Source: Macrostomum lignano (Eukaryota). From it: 64,000 nucleotides of DNA. The notes below the pieces were generated by a model. It ran no database searches. It was not told the DNA's origin and saw nothing but the letters and a program-made list of their open reading frames with translations. Within the stretch, counting starts at the first letter, position 1; each line of letters begins with the position of its first letter. Positions 1-27,015 of this stretch are shown piece by piece. The translations under genes were made by a program, and so were the position numbers. The DNA lies in assembly GCA_002269645.1 (NCBI GenBank), contig NIVC01000181.1, positions 709,693-773,692 of the forward strand, read 5' to 3'.

Positions 1-84
1 TATTGGCGTTAACAGTATAGACTGTGGACTGTGATCTGCCGCATGCCAACACAGACTAATAGGCTGTGATCTGCCGAAAGAACA

Positions 85-1092
85 GACACACTGAGCCATC
101 ACCAAAATGACCAGACTCACTGAGCCATCACCAAAATGACCAGACTCACTGAGCCATCACCAAAATGACCAGACACACTGAGCCATCACCAAAATGACCA
201 GACTCACTGAGCCATCACCAAAATGACCAGACACACTGAGCCATCACCAAAATGACCAGACACACTGAGCTGGCACCAAAATGACCAGACACACTGAGCT
301 GGCACTAAAATGACCAGACACACTGAGCCATCACCAAAATGACCAGACACACTGAGCCATCACCAAAATGACCAGACACACTGAGCCATCACCAAAATGA
401 CCAGACACACTGAGCCATCACCAAAATGACCAGACTCACTGAGCCATCACCAAAATGACCAGACACACTGAGCCATCACCAAAATGACCAGACACACTGA
501 GCCATCACCAAAATGACCAGACACACTGAGCCATCACCAAAATGACCAGACACACTGAGCCATCACCAAAATGACCAGACACACTGAACCATCACCAAAA
601 TGACCAGACACACTGAGCCATCACCAAAATGACCAGACTCACTGAGCCATCACCAAAATGACCAGACACACTGAGCCATCACCAAAATGACCAGACACAC
701 TGAGCCATCACCAAAATGACCAGACACACTGAGCCATCACCAAAATGACCAGACACACTGAGCCATCACCAAAATGACCAGACACACTGAACCATCACCA
801 AAATGACCAGACACACTGAGCCATCACCAAAATGACCAGACACACTGAGCTGGCACCAAAATGACCAGACACACTGAGCTGGCACCAAAATGACCAGACA
901 CACTGAGCCATCACCAAAATGACCAGACACACTGAGCTGGCACCAAAATGACCAGACACACTGAGCCATCACCAAAATGACCAGACACACTGAGCCATCA
1001 CCAAAATGACCAGACTCACTGAGCCATCACCAAAATGACCAGACACACTGAGCCATCACCAAAATGACCAGACACACTGAGCCATCACCAAA
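85..1092. repeat. 29-bp minisatellite (GACACACTGAGCCATCACCAAAATGACCA), about 35 copies, in the RhoGAP intron
   Basis: Direct tandem periodicity of 29 bp; the array ends at the splice donor at 1097. It explains the spurious ORF at 766-990. Confidence 0.97.
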
Positions 1093-1097
1093 CTCAC

Positions 1098-1648
1098 TCT
1101 CGCATGGTCTTCAGCCTCACAGCCCGATCCGGCTGGTCGATGGCTGCCAGCAGCGCGGCCTCGCCGTCCCTGCCAAACACGCCGTCAGGAATGGCCAGCA
1201 GAAACTTCTTGGCCACATTGGCAGCGGTCCAATAATTATAATCCCGCCAATCGATGGGCCGACCTTCGCCAAGGCATCGAATAATGCGCTTCATGTCGCC
1301 GGGATTGCCGGGCCGCCTGAACAGGTCGTTGACCGCCACCCCGTCCCGAGCGACATGAACAAGAAGGTCGCACAGAGGCGTAGGCAGGGAGCCGCCGGAG
1401 ACTCGGCAAACCTCGGCGAGTGGCACGCCGAATTTCAAGCGACTGGTGGACTGTTGAAGAAGCAGCTGGTGAGCCGCCTGATGCTGCTGCTGCTGTTGTT
1501 GCTGCTGCTGACCGGACAGCTGACAATGCCGATCGATGGGCGATGACGTCATTCCCTGGTCAGAATCGTCCGCCGTGGAATCCCTGGCCGGCCCTGCCCG
1601 ATGGCGCCTGGCTCTGACGCAGGCAAACAAAGAGCGGACTAAGGACAT
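1098..1648 (-). CDS. RhoGAP-domain protein (ARHGAP20/TAGAP-like), first coding exon; gene continues beyond the left edge
   Basis: KFGVPLAEVC...LPTPLCDLL...DLFRRPGN (arginine finger)...AANVAKKFLLAIPDGVF matches the RhoGAP fold. Poly-Q precedes the domain. Donor GA|GTGAGT at 1097. The ATG at 1648 (MSLVRS) or 1552 (MTSSP) is uncertain. Confidence 0.88.
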
Positions 1649-2009
1649 TGGAGCCAGAAGACTGCGGTAGTTGGAATTGGCCGCACGCACAATTATCGAT
1701 TATAATATCGATTTATTGCTTGGCGCAGTCTGGCTGAACCTGGGGAGAGCTGGCGGCCCAGTCTGGCCACCACCCCAGAGGGCCGTCACTGCTGCTGGAG
1801 CTGCGCACAAGCTGGCTAACACTGGGGCCCCGGTTGGTGACACAGGGTTTGCGGAGAGAACAGCAACTGCGCTTATGCTCAGGCTGCAGGAGGTTAAGAT
1901 TAATGGAAAAATTAGTTAGTAATACTATAAAAAGTTGCTATGCTTGCTATTTTATATTCTATATAATATGATAACAATAACAATAATATTAATAAATTAC
2001 TGTTGCCCT

Positions 2010-2275
2010 ACTAGGCTCAGCATAGCTCAGACACAGTTATTTGCAAGGCACATTTGAAGGCTACATAAAGCTGTTCAGTCCAAAGACTGGGAAAGGGGGT
2101 TGCCATACACAGCCTCAATTACCCTAGCTAATGCTGGCACCCATTTTATAGCTAGGTGAACTGAAGCAATATAGAGTCAAGTGTCTTGCTCAATGATACA
2201 AATTATTCCAAATAGTTTGAGAATTTACCTCCCAACCTTCAAATTGTAAATCTGACACTAACCATTATCTTACAA
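2010..2275 (-). mobile_element. Decayed tRNA-derived CORE/MIR-like SINE
   Basis: 2140-2200 CCCATTTTATAGCTAGGTGAACTGAAGC...GAGTCAAGTGTCTTGCTCAA resembles the antisense CORE-SINE consensus (CCCATTTTACAGATGAGGAAACTGAGGC...GTTAAGTGACTTGCCCAAGG) as I recall it. It is followed by an antisense tRNA-like head at 2218-2272 with CpGs decayed. Boundaries approximate. Confidence 0.6.
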
Positions 2276-3773
2276 CCCCTAGTACCTATATTATAGCAAT
2301 CTATTTTTGGTCTGATATGATTTCATTATTAGAATATATTCGTAGAGCTGGATTAATTGTACTACTAACTAAGATATAAAATTGTAGGATAATAAAAGCT
2401 GTAGCAAAAAATACCAATTTGAATTATAATAAATAGAAAGGTTTATTCATAAAAATAGGACAAATTTGACATATTGAACCTTTCTTAATTAAAAAAATCC
2501 AATATTTTTATGTAATTGGAGATGTGTTAAAATATAAAGAGTTCCTTAAATATACTTAAACACTTTTGGTTTTTGCATTTTCATTGAGCTCTTTATTTTT
2601 TATGCTACATAAGTCTAAAGAAGGGCCTGGTAAGATTTCTATTAGTTTGACAACTAAGTAAAACTAAGTAAAGATGACTCAAACTAAGATTGGCGATTTT
2701 ATATTAAAATAAAAGATAGCTATTTACCAAATTTTTTAAACATACATACTACATAGCATAAGTGTTTTATGGCAATTCAATCAATAAGGTCTATATGATA
2801 AATTGCTTCATTGACTAATGTCTAGTGAAAGTCTTTATAAGCATTAGCTGCTTAGTAGGTAGGTTATAACTCATTGTAAGTGCCATTTTTTTCCTGAAAT
2901 GATTTTTTGTTTTATCATATACTTGTATTAAAAACATGGTCAAATTGCACCAAACCTAAAAAATGGAATAGCAAAAGGCTATTTAAATAGCCAATAGCCC
3001 TAGCCAACAAAATATTAATAGAAAAATTATTACTCCACCCCTTTCTTATCTCAACATAAAATGTTAAATAAAAGAAAATTTTTGCATCTATCTGCTTACA
3101 CTTCTTGATTTGAAAGAATGACAACTTATCAATTTATAGAAGTCGAAGCGAACTAATGTGCTAACTGATGATTGAACAAATAAAGTTCTACATTTCTCAT
3201 TGGATAAAAATTAATAAAACAGTGGGGAAACAAAAATGATTCAATACCGTTTCGCATAAGAGTAATCGACCTCAGATCCGGCTATCAGAAAAGGACACAA
3301 TACAACGTGGATATTGTTATTAAAATGTTTATAAGTAAATTTTAAAATAAATTTATTAGGACGTCGTCCACATGCTTAAAATAAATAAAAGACATTTAAA
3401 TGTTATTGCGTGCAAATTAACAGAGTAAACTGCATTGTATTTAACAAACTGCTGTATAATATTGTTAAAATGATAAAAGTAACGAGCCGAGCTTAAGTAA
3501 TTAAAGCAAAGAATTCAGTAAATTAAGCCTAATTCGTTGATGTACTGAGTTAGTTACGATTCTAACGACTCAAGGACGACTCTAGCAAACTCAAAGACTA
3601 CGAAACAAGACTACGATCTTATTTCTAAATGAGAGAAATATTTTAAAATGAGTACGAAGATAAAATCAACGTACATGTACAACTTTAATTCAAAGTCCAC
3701 CAGCTATAGAATGCTTCTGGTAAACTGCACTCAAACCAACATGCATGGAACAAATTAAAGCCAATTAACAGTA

Positions 3774-5310
3774 GAACTACCAAGAGGGGGGAAATTCCCC
3801 CCCTGACAATTTTTTTGCTGCGCCGGAACGGAGCAACGCAGGCACACGAAATTCAAGAACACGGGCTAACTTTTTGTTGCGCACCTTCTCAAACAAGAAT
3901 CAAGTCGCCAGCCCTCCGGACCGTCGAGATATTCGACGATTCTGCCAGAAGGTCGGATTTTTCCCATAAGCGCTAGTGTATTCAGTACACCCCTGTGCGC
4001 CAAATAGCACTGCGCCTCAGTGCAGCCTTGCCAAGTCTCCAAATTTCATCAGCACGTCGACCAAATGTGTCTGCATCAGCTCTGACTTCGTTGGTTACTG
4101 GCCTTCACCAAGACGGAGCTTCTAGACCTTCAACAAATGACACCAGATGACTATGGACAACCTGATGCTGATTTCTCTAGTTTCGCCGATCAAGCCTCGA
4201 CAGTGGGCAAAAATCAACTGCTGGACATCCTCAGCTAGTCAGTCAAGCATTCAGCCATCACCCCGACGCCGTCGGCACCTTCAACAGGTGGCACCAGGGG
4301 AGTAAGGACACCTGAGCGTGATTTTTCATCATGCTCTTAACATTTGTGAATCATTACAAAATGAAAAAACGGATTGAATTTACTGGCTTCTTAAAAGCAT
4401 AACCCTTTCTGCATAAAAATTGGGTTCAATATTATAGTTGAATAAACTAAACAGCTTTTCGAATAAAATATGTATGTAGCTCGTATGCATAAAAGTATGT
4501 GTAATAATAATATAAACATACAGCAACATGAGTTCAAGCTTAACTATAGCAATGTCTGTGCTTTAAAAATTTTGAGAGCTTCAGAAATGCTAAGAGCATG
4601 ATGAAAAATCACGCTCAGGTGTCCTTACTCCCCTGGTGCCACCTGTTGAAGGTGCCGACGGCGTCGGGGTGATGGCTGAATGCTTGACTGACTAGCTGAG
4701 GATGTCCAGCAGTTGAGGTTTGCTCATTATTGAAGCTTGATAAGAAAAACCTGACATATTTGCAACAGGCTGTCCATAGTCACCTGGTGTAATCTGTTGA
4801 AGGTGCCGACGGCGTCCGGTTGATGGCTGAATGCTTGACTGACTAGCTGAGGATGTCCAGCAGTTGATTTTTGCCCACTGTCGAGGCTTGATCGGCGAAA
4901 CTAGAGAAATCAGCATCAGGTTGTCCATAGTCATCTGGTGTCATTTGTTGAAGGTCTAGAAGCTCCGTCTCGGTGAAGGCCAGTAACCAACGAAGTCAGA
5001 GCTGATGCAGACACATTTGGTCGACGTGCTGATGAAATTTGGAGACTTGGCAAGGCTGCACTGAGGCGCAGTGCTATTTGGCGCACAGGGGTGTACTGAA
5101 TACACTAGCGCTTATGGGAAAAATCCGACCTTCTGGCAGAATCGTCGAATATCTAGACGGTCCGGAGGGCTGGCGACTTGATTCTTGTTTGAGAAGGTGC
5201 GCAACAAAAAGTTAGCCCGTGTTCTTGAATTTCGTGTGCCTGCGTTGCTCCGTTCCGGCGCAGTAAAAAAATTGTCAGGGGGGGGAATTCCCCCCCCCTC
5301 TTGGTAGTTC
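3774..5310. mobile_element. Foldback-type non-autonomous DNA element with long, near-perfect inverted arms
   Basis: Left arm 3774-4350 (GAACTACCAAGAGGGGGGAAATTCCCCCCC...) is the reverse complement of right arm 4580-5310 apart from a few mismatches. The right arm has an extra ~151-bp subrepeat (4717-4867). The AT-rich spacer is 229 bp. No transposase ORF and no clear TSD. Confidence 0.88.
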
Positions 5311-6102
5311 GACGGGCGGAAAAATGGCTTGGTATTCCTACTGTTAATATGAATATCAACCTTTCTACCTTTTTAATATAGGTATTACAAGTACATTTGA
5401 GTTTTGTATATTTTATTAATTCATGCTTGATCATGCACACCATGCATCAGGGCTTGTGTGCGGTTATGTTTTTTAAGCATGGAGGCAAATTCAAACCAAG
5501 GACGACTGTATTTAATATAACTGTTATACAGTGGTCCTTGATTCAAACTTCAGCAGATTGAGTAGTAATTCGATTTATGGAAACTGAACCATGATTTTAC
5601 CTTTAAATTTTGTTAGCAGTACGGTCCACGTTTTATAGAAGAGTTCAGGAGCATGAGACTAGCACGCTGCGAGACAAGCATTTTGAAGCGAATAACAAAT
5701 GAAAAGATCGAAGCGGACAGAATAACTGTCAATATTTTTACACTCGCGGGTCTTATAAAACACTTGCAGCTGCGCAATCAAAACTGATGCGCATGAATCG
5801 GTGAAAAAACTTTGTTAGGGACTAAGCAACATCCAAAAAGTACAGTATATTTTATAAAAAAACAATTGCGCATTGAATTTTGCATTCGCATTTCGACAAA
5901 ATCGGTTGAAACAAGACCAGAGCTTTATGCACAAAACTGTGAGAAGTACCACAGCCTGCTGTCTATTAGCACCATTAAAGCATGTGGTTACTGGTTATTA
6001 GCTCGTAACCTCAGGAAACAATGAAAGTCAGTGCACATATTTTAAAACATACGGGAAACAAGTTTCGACATCATTTCGACATTTTTTACCTCAAAGGCCA
6101 AA

Positions 6103-6240
6103 TTAAGAAGAGAAAGGCCAGATGAGGGGGCGGAGGAGAGAGAATAAAGGAGAAGAGAAGAGAGACGAAATGTGAGAGGAGAGAAGAGAAGAGGTGAGAG
6201 AAGATATTAGAGAGGAGAGAGGAGGGAAGAGACAAACCTT
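6103..6240. repeat. GA-rich polypurine low-complexity tract
   Basis: Almost only A and G on the + strand. Confidence 0.8.
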
Positions 6241-6902
6241 TGAGTGGACTGGATTGCTATTCTGAAGATTCAAAAGGACCCAAGGGCCTTCGTCTCCCAC
6301 TACACCTTTTCACGTTCAATTTTGATCAAAGTCCAGTTCTAAAAAAACTAGCGGAAATTCAATTCAGCCTGAGGATAATTTGTCTATGGCTTAACCTTAC
6401 TTCGGTTAGAATGTTTTGAACTGGGGTTAGGCTGGGCCCCAGTCTAAATTATCTGAATTGAATTTGAAATTCCGAGCTTGTTAAAATGCTCCGAACGGTA
6501 CTCTCAGCAAGTGTACTCGCTCACAGACACAGGAGAGATACGAGTATTAAATTGTGCAAAAAGTCGCAAGTGCAGATGTAAAACCAAGCACAGTTCTGTA
6601 CAGAATCATACAAAAGTACAGATTCGGTATTACAGATTACACCTTAGTAGCAAGTCCTGCATGAGTTACCACTCAGATACAAAATTAATGTTTTTTTTCT
6701 TCAGTATGTCACGCAAGCATATTTTGACACTGATTTGCAATCTAAACAGAATCGAACCTGGACTTTTTGAGTCCGATAAGAGAGACAATAATGGGAAATA
6801 AATAGGGGATTAGCTTGTTGCCTCCCAGTGATCTGCCGCTACAAAATAATTCCGTAGCGGAGAGTGAGCCATGGCTGCAGATCGAGCTGCGTGCTCAGAC
6901 GA

Positions 6903-20709
<13,807 letters not shown>

Positions 20710-22058
20710 TTTATTTGGCGAATAAAAGCCTTTACTTTGGCTTAACACAAGCTGAGGTAGCTAAAATGGCAAGAGATCAATAAAGCTCTCAGTTAAGTCG
20801 AATTCAACTGACTGTTTAGGCCAATTTTCAATTTGAATTTCAGTCTTTTAGTACGAACTTGTCCGCCTCTACCTTCGCTGTAGCTCTCCCTCTGTCAGCT
20901 CTTATCAGCGCCAGGGCCAATCATGGCCAAAAGCAACTGCATAATTACAGCCGAAAATTCGCTTCGCAACCTTTTGTCTTATCAACAAAATATCGACTCA
21001 AGGTGTGGGCACAGCCGATAGGTATAAAGAGAGAGAGAGAGTGGAGGAGATTAGCATACCGAATCTCTCTCTGCCTGGACTTTGAGCGACATTGGACTGC
21101 ATTGGCCGCGGTGGCCGCTCCAGTGTGACGTCTGCTGCAATGAGAAATTGCTCAATAGAATGAATCACCTTCGCTCTGTTTAGAGTTTTCATGCGCTGTT
21201 GGCTGCACTCGTCCTTTTTTGTTAAAAGTTTATTTAAAGGTGACAACAAGCACCTGCGGACACTTCGTGACAGCTGACAATGCTCTATGTCTATGAGTAA
21301 CAACACCCAGGTCAATTGAAAAGTTAATCGACTAAAGAGATTATCCCTTTGAAATAATCTCATACTAGAAAGTAGACTCCAGTTATCACCTTCGGGACGC
21401 TGTCACCCAAGCCGTTCGCGCCAGGGTGCGAGTATTTTTTTATTGTCATCACTAATTGAGATGTCAAGATAAGATAACCGCACCTATGCTTTGTGACATA
21501 ATTAGGGCTGCTATAAACTGCCGCCCCAGCCAGCGATAAGAATCCAATGGCGCAACCTTGATTGCGAAAGCGAGCGAAAGATTTTACAAGAATTTCAAAG
21601 TTTTCACAGTTAGCCTGAACTGCCCTCTGCTCGCGGCCCTTCAGTGAAAGCACTTTTATTAGTTCAATCAGTAGCAGTGGGACTGCCGGCAAAGGCAAAG
21701 GCAGGCTATAAATATCTGCTCCGGTGATGGGGCTTCCGAGACGGCACAAGGAAGAGAGCAGCGGCCGAAGGCGCTGAAGGCCCATGTATTTTAGACTAAA
21801 TAGAGCCCAGCCAGTCCTGTCCCCAAATCCCCAGCTGGCAATATCTTCCCCTTTTTGGATAGCTGGGGAGTTAAGGGAGCGTTTAGGGCAGCGGGATCAG
21901 TATAGGGGCACGCGCTAATTTGTGGGAAGAAAAGACAGACGCCAAGATTTAAGACAACCCGCTGTGGCTTTTTAAAAACCACCGATGCGATAAGATAAGA
22001 AGTACTATTATTCTATTTAAGAATTATGGGCATCTATTTCACCACTTCATTGATGGGC

Positions 22059-23172
22059 GGCTAGATTAGCAATCCACTTTAGTCTCCCTCACTGGCTATA
22101 TTAGCAATCCCTTTAGTAACACCTCACTGGCTAGATTAGCAATCCACTTTAGTAACCCCTCACTGGTTAGATTAGCAATCCACTTTAGTAACACCTCACT
22201 GGCTAGATTAGCAATCCACTTTAGTAACCCCTCACTGGTTAGATTAGCAATCCACTTTAGTAACCCTCGCGGGCTAGATTAGCAATCCACTTTAGTAACC
22301 CTCGCGGGCTAGATTAGCAATCCACTTTAGTCTCCCTCACTGGCTATATTAGCAATCCCTTTAGTAACACCTCACTGGCTAGATTAGCAATCCACTTTAG
22401 TAACCCCTCACTGGTTAGATTAGCAATCCACTTTAGTAACACCTCACTGGCTAGATTAGCAATCCACTTTAGTCATCACTCACTGGCTAGATTAGCAATC
22501 CACTTTAGTAAAACCTCACTGGTTAGATTAGCAATCCACTTTAGTAACCCTCGCGGGCTAGATTAGCAATCCACTTTAGTAACCCTCGCGGGCTAGATTA
22601 GCAATCCACTTTAGTCATCACTCACTGGCTAGATTAGCAATCCACTTTAGTCATCACTCACTGGCTAGATTAGCAATCCACTTTAGTAACCCTTGCGGAT
22701 TAGATTAGCAATCCACTTTAGTAACCCTCGCGGGCTAGATTAGCAATCCACTTTAGTAACCCTCGCGGGCTAGATTAGCAATCCACTTTAGTCATCACTC
22801 ACTGGCTAGATTAGCAATCCACTTTAGTAAAACCTCACTGGCTAGATTAGCAATCCACTTTAGTAACCCTTGCGGATTAGATTAGCAATCCACTTTAGTA
22901 ACCCCTCACTGGCTAGATTAGCAATCCCTTTAGTAACCCCTCACTGGCTAGATTAGCAATCCCTTTAGTAACCCCTCACTGGCTAGATTAGCAATCCCTT
23001 TAGTAACCCCTCACTGGCTAGATTAGCAATCCCTTTAGTAACAAACACCTCACTGGTTAGATTAGCAATCCCCTTTAGTCCCCCCCTCACTGGCTAGATT
23101 AGCAATCCCTTTAGTAACAAACACCTCACTGGTTAGATTATCAATCCCCTTTAGTAACCCCTTACGGGCCAG
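22059..23172. repeat. 35-36-bp minisatellite (GGCTAGATTAGCAATCCACTTTAGTAACCCCTCACT)
   Basis: About 31 tandem copies, intergenic. Confidence 0.97.
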
Positions 23173-23656
23173 ACCAGCTCCTCCCAACAGCAAAACTGGC
23201 AGCAACAACATCGATCAGCTAAAGTGCTGTCAAACCAAATGACAGCCACAGTGGCAGTGTATCAAAGCAGATCGTGAAGGAGACTTTGCTTGCCCACACG
23301 GGAAGGCAGAAGCAGATCTATATGCGCGCGAATTACCTTCAAGTCAAAACTCCTGGCTCTTTGGCCCCCAGGGGGACAATTCTTCAAATGGAGTTGCTGG
23401 GAACTCTGATTAGCAAAAGCTTCTATTTGTTTTGGCTCCGCCTGTGTCTGCACTTTCTTAACAAATCTTTGGGATCGAAGTTGTAGCTCGTAAAGGAGAA
23501 AACTAGAAAGTTGCGGCACACAAGATGCAGGCCTGTCCTTGCTGGGGAAACTGGCAATAGCGTTTCGACAGTTTTTCCTTAAGTCTACTTTCTTTCTGAC
23601 TTAAATTTTGTCTGTTTATGCTTTTAGGCTTGCTCATACTGCCACCAGCTTGAGCG

Positions 23657-24300
<644 letters not shown>

Positions 24301-25471
24301 GTGGTACAGTAGCTGTGGTACAGAATCGGTTATTTCGGCTCCACAAGAGCTGAGTGAGGCAGTTCACTGGAAAAACCGGAGCGCTGACAGCTGAAATTAG
24401 AAACCCGGCAAGCGGGAAATGTGCCAAGCAAGCGTTTCCTCCATCAAGAGTCCTTTCCTTGCATCCGAAATCTCCCAGTTAGCCCCAGGCCGTGAGGAAT
24501 AAAAATCAGCAAATATCTCAAGCTTGAGCTGAGCAGATCAGCTGACAACAAAAAGCGCAGAATCCCCGGCCCAGTTCTCAGCTCCATAGGCGGAACAATC
24601 GTCCATTGAGCAATTGGCACTGAGCCGCCATACGAATCCAGTCTTGCCCGCCCCTGCCTACTGATGCGAACCTTCATCACTAAGAGTTCGTGCTAGCAAC
24701 AATCGCGCGATGTGGGATCTACGGGATCTCCTTCAAAATTGATTTATCCCAAGCTTTATAAACTAATCTCCCCATAACCACTAAAGACTAGATTTCCGCG
24801 AAATCAACTCGCAGATGATTCGTTTCTCCCATTCACGTGCCGCCCTGACAACCCAGTGGGGGGATCGTGTGGAAAATCTTCAGAGAGAATCGCTCTTTTC
24901 TGCTTCCTCACAATCTCACTTTATTTATTCTTCCTCGTCAACAGTAGGAGCCGGGCGAACGGGAAATTCAATAAATTAGCAGGAATTTCTGCTGTTAGCA
25001 AGACTTGCCCGTCTGCACTGTACGTTTGGGACCGGGTGAGGCCTCCAATGTTTTGATGTCTGGCCCTACCGACCGTCTCTGGTTGTTTATCTGACTCATG
25101 GTTCTCATTTTCAATCTCCTTTCCCTTCTATGCTCATCTACTAGACCACTGCTTATTTGTGACATTAGTTCGAAGCTTACTCTCGACAGTTTTATTTTAC
25201 TCGAAGGTCACTGCAGTGAATTCGAAGGTCACATTGAGAGGGTGCCATTGTGCAGCTGTTATCTCCCTTTTATTTCTTCTGTTCTCTTCTCTTCATCTGC
25301 CGCTGTACAATGCGTGGCGATGTTTTACGTCACAGCTCTCCAGCTGAAGGTTTTCTCGTTCTTTAGTAGTTTTCTTCCGCGACAGAATTGTTTATAAGCT
25401 GGTGTGCAGAGAATCTTGAAGATTTATGTACGAATTGGGATCTACTGGTTGAAAGCAAGAGAGATCAGAGA

Positions 25472-26218
25472 GATGAGAGATGGGAGATCTGACAGAGGGG
25501 GTCAGGGGGAGATCAGACAGAGGGGGTCAGGGGGATCAGACAGAGGGGGTCAGGGGGGAGATCAGACAGGAGGATCAGGGGGAGATCATACAGAGGAGGA
25601 TCAGGGGGGAGATCTGACAGAGGGGGTCAGAAGAGGGTCGGAGGGAGGCGTCAGAGGGGGGTCAGGGGGGAGATCAGACAGGAGGATCAGGGGGAGATCA
25701 TACAGAGGAGGATCAGGGGGGAGATCTGACAGAGGGGGTCAGAAGAGGGTCGGAGGGAGGCGTCAGAGGGGGTCAGGGAGGAGATCAGACAGAGGGGGGT
25801 CAGGGGGAGATCAGACAGAGGGGGTCAGGGGGGAGATCAGACAGAGGGGGGTCAGGGAGAGATCAGACAGAGGGGGGTCAGGGAGAGATCAGACAGAGGG
25901 GGGTCAGGGGGGAGATCAGACAGAGGGGGGTCAGGGAGAGATCAGACAGAGGGGGGTCAGGGAGAGATCAGACAGAGGGGGTCAGGGGGAGATCAGACAG
26001 AGGGGGTCAGGGGGAGATCAGACAGAGGGGGTCAGGGGGGAGATCAGACAGAGGGGGGTCAGGGAGAGATCAGACAGAGGGGGTCAGGGGGAGATCAGAC
26101 AGAGGGGGGTCAGGGGGGAGATCAGACAGAGGGGGTCAGGGGGGAGATCAGACAGAGGGGGGTCAGGGGGAGATCAGACAGAGGAGGATTAGGGGGAGAT
26201 CAGACAGAGGGGGTCAGG
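25472..26218. repeat. G-rich 24-25-bp minisatellite (GAGATCAGACAGAGGGGGTCAGGGG)
   Basis: Tandem periodicity with G4-G6 runs. Confidence 0.93.
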
Positions 26219-27015
26219 CATTGTTCAGAGGCAAAGACTGCAGACTCAGACTGCAATAGATTGTCAAATACTATCAAATGTGAGCGCTATTGAAGGAGCA
26301 TCATGCAGAGGCCTCTGTCTCATGGCTCCTTTCCACAGCTCCCCCCTGCGCTGTCAGGAAGCCGAGAGAAGAAACAGGAAACGGCAAGCCTCAGCCCCAT
26401 GCCTCTCCGCACTATCACTCTCTCAAACTCAAATAGCTGTCAGCCTGAGCTCAAAACCCCCGACTGGCTTTTCCTCTCAATAGCTCAGCATCCTGACTGA
26501 TGCGGCCAGAGTTCCCGACTCTATATTTTTAGTTGAGTTTTATAATGTCAATAAAAGTGCGCCATAGCTGTTGACAGTGATAATTTGGGCACAATAGTTA
26601 CAGTGCCAGTGATAAACATTATTGCCAGGCTTTCATTATTACGAGCGTGTTACAGATTTAATTTGGTAGAATTTTACTTTACATATTAACTGGCCATAGT
26701 TTCAGCTTGAGTACATGGAGCTTTTACCATAGACAAAACTCCTTCGAGAAAAACGAAGCAAATTTCGCTTGAACTTCCACCTCACTTTTCCAAGTGCCCA
26801 GGCTTGGAAAAATGAAACAGTATCGCATCGGATTGAAAAGCGCAAGTTTAAAAATTATTCAAACAAAAAGCGAGACTTTGTGAGGGACTGGGAGGGTAAA
26901 CAAGTCGAAGCTGGGTGGGAGAAAAGCGCACAACAATCTTGAGTTATTACGAGTATTTTCAAGACAGGACTACTCCAGACTGGCTAATAAAGGCCAATAC
27001 AGATGAGGGGCTGTC

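Noticed and set aside
85-1092. CRISPR-like appearance of the 29-44-bp arrays here and elsewhere in the window
   Set aside because: Units are head-to-tail with no unique spacers, there are no cas genes, and the context is eukaryotic introns.
1064-1919. Plus-strand ORFs overlapping the RhoGAP exon
   Set aside because: Antisense shadows of a GC-rich exon with no recognisable motifs.
20859-21982. ORFs of 63-141 aa upstream of ABCC
   Set aside because: No recognisable motif, coding bias or consistent splice pattern.
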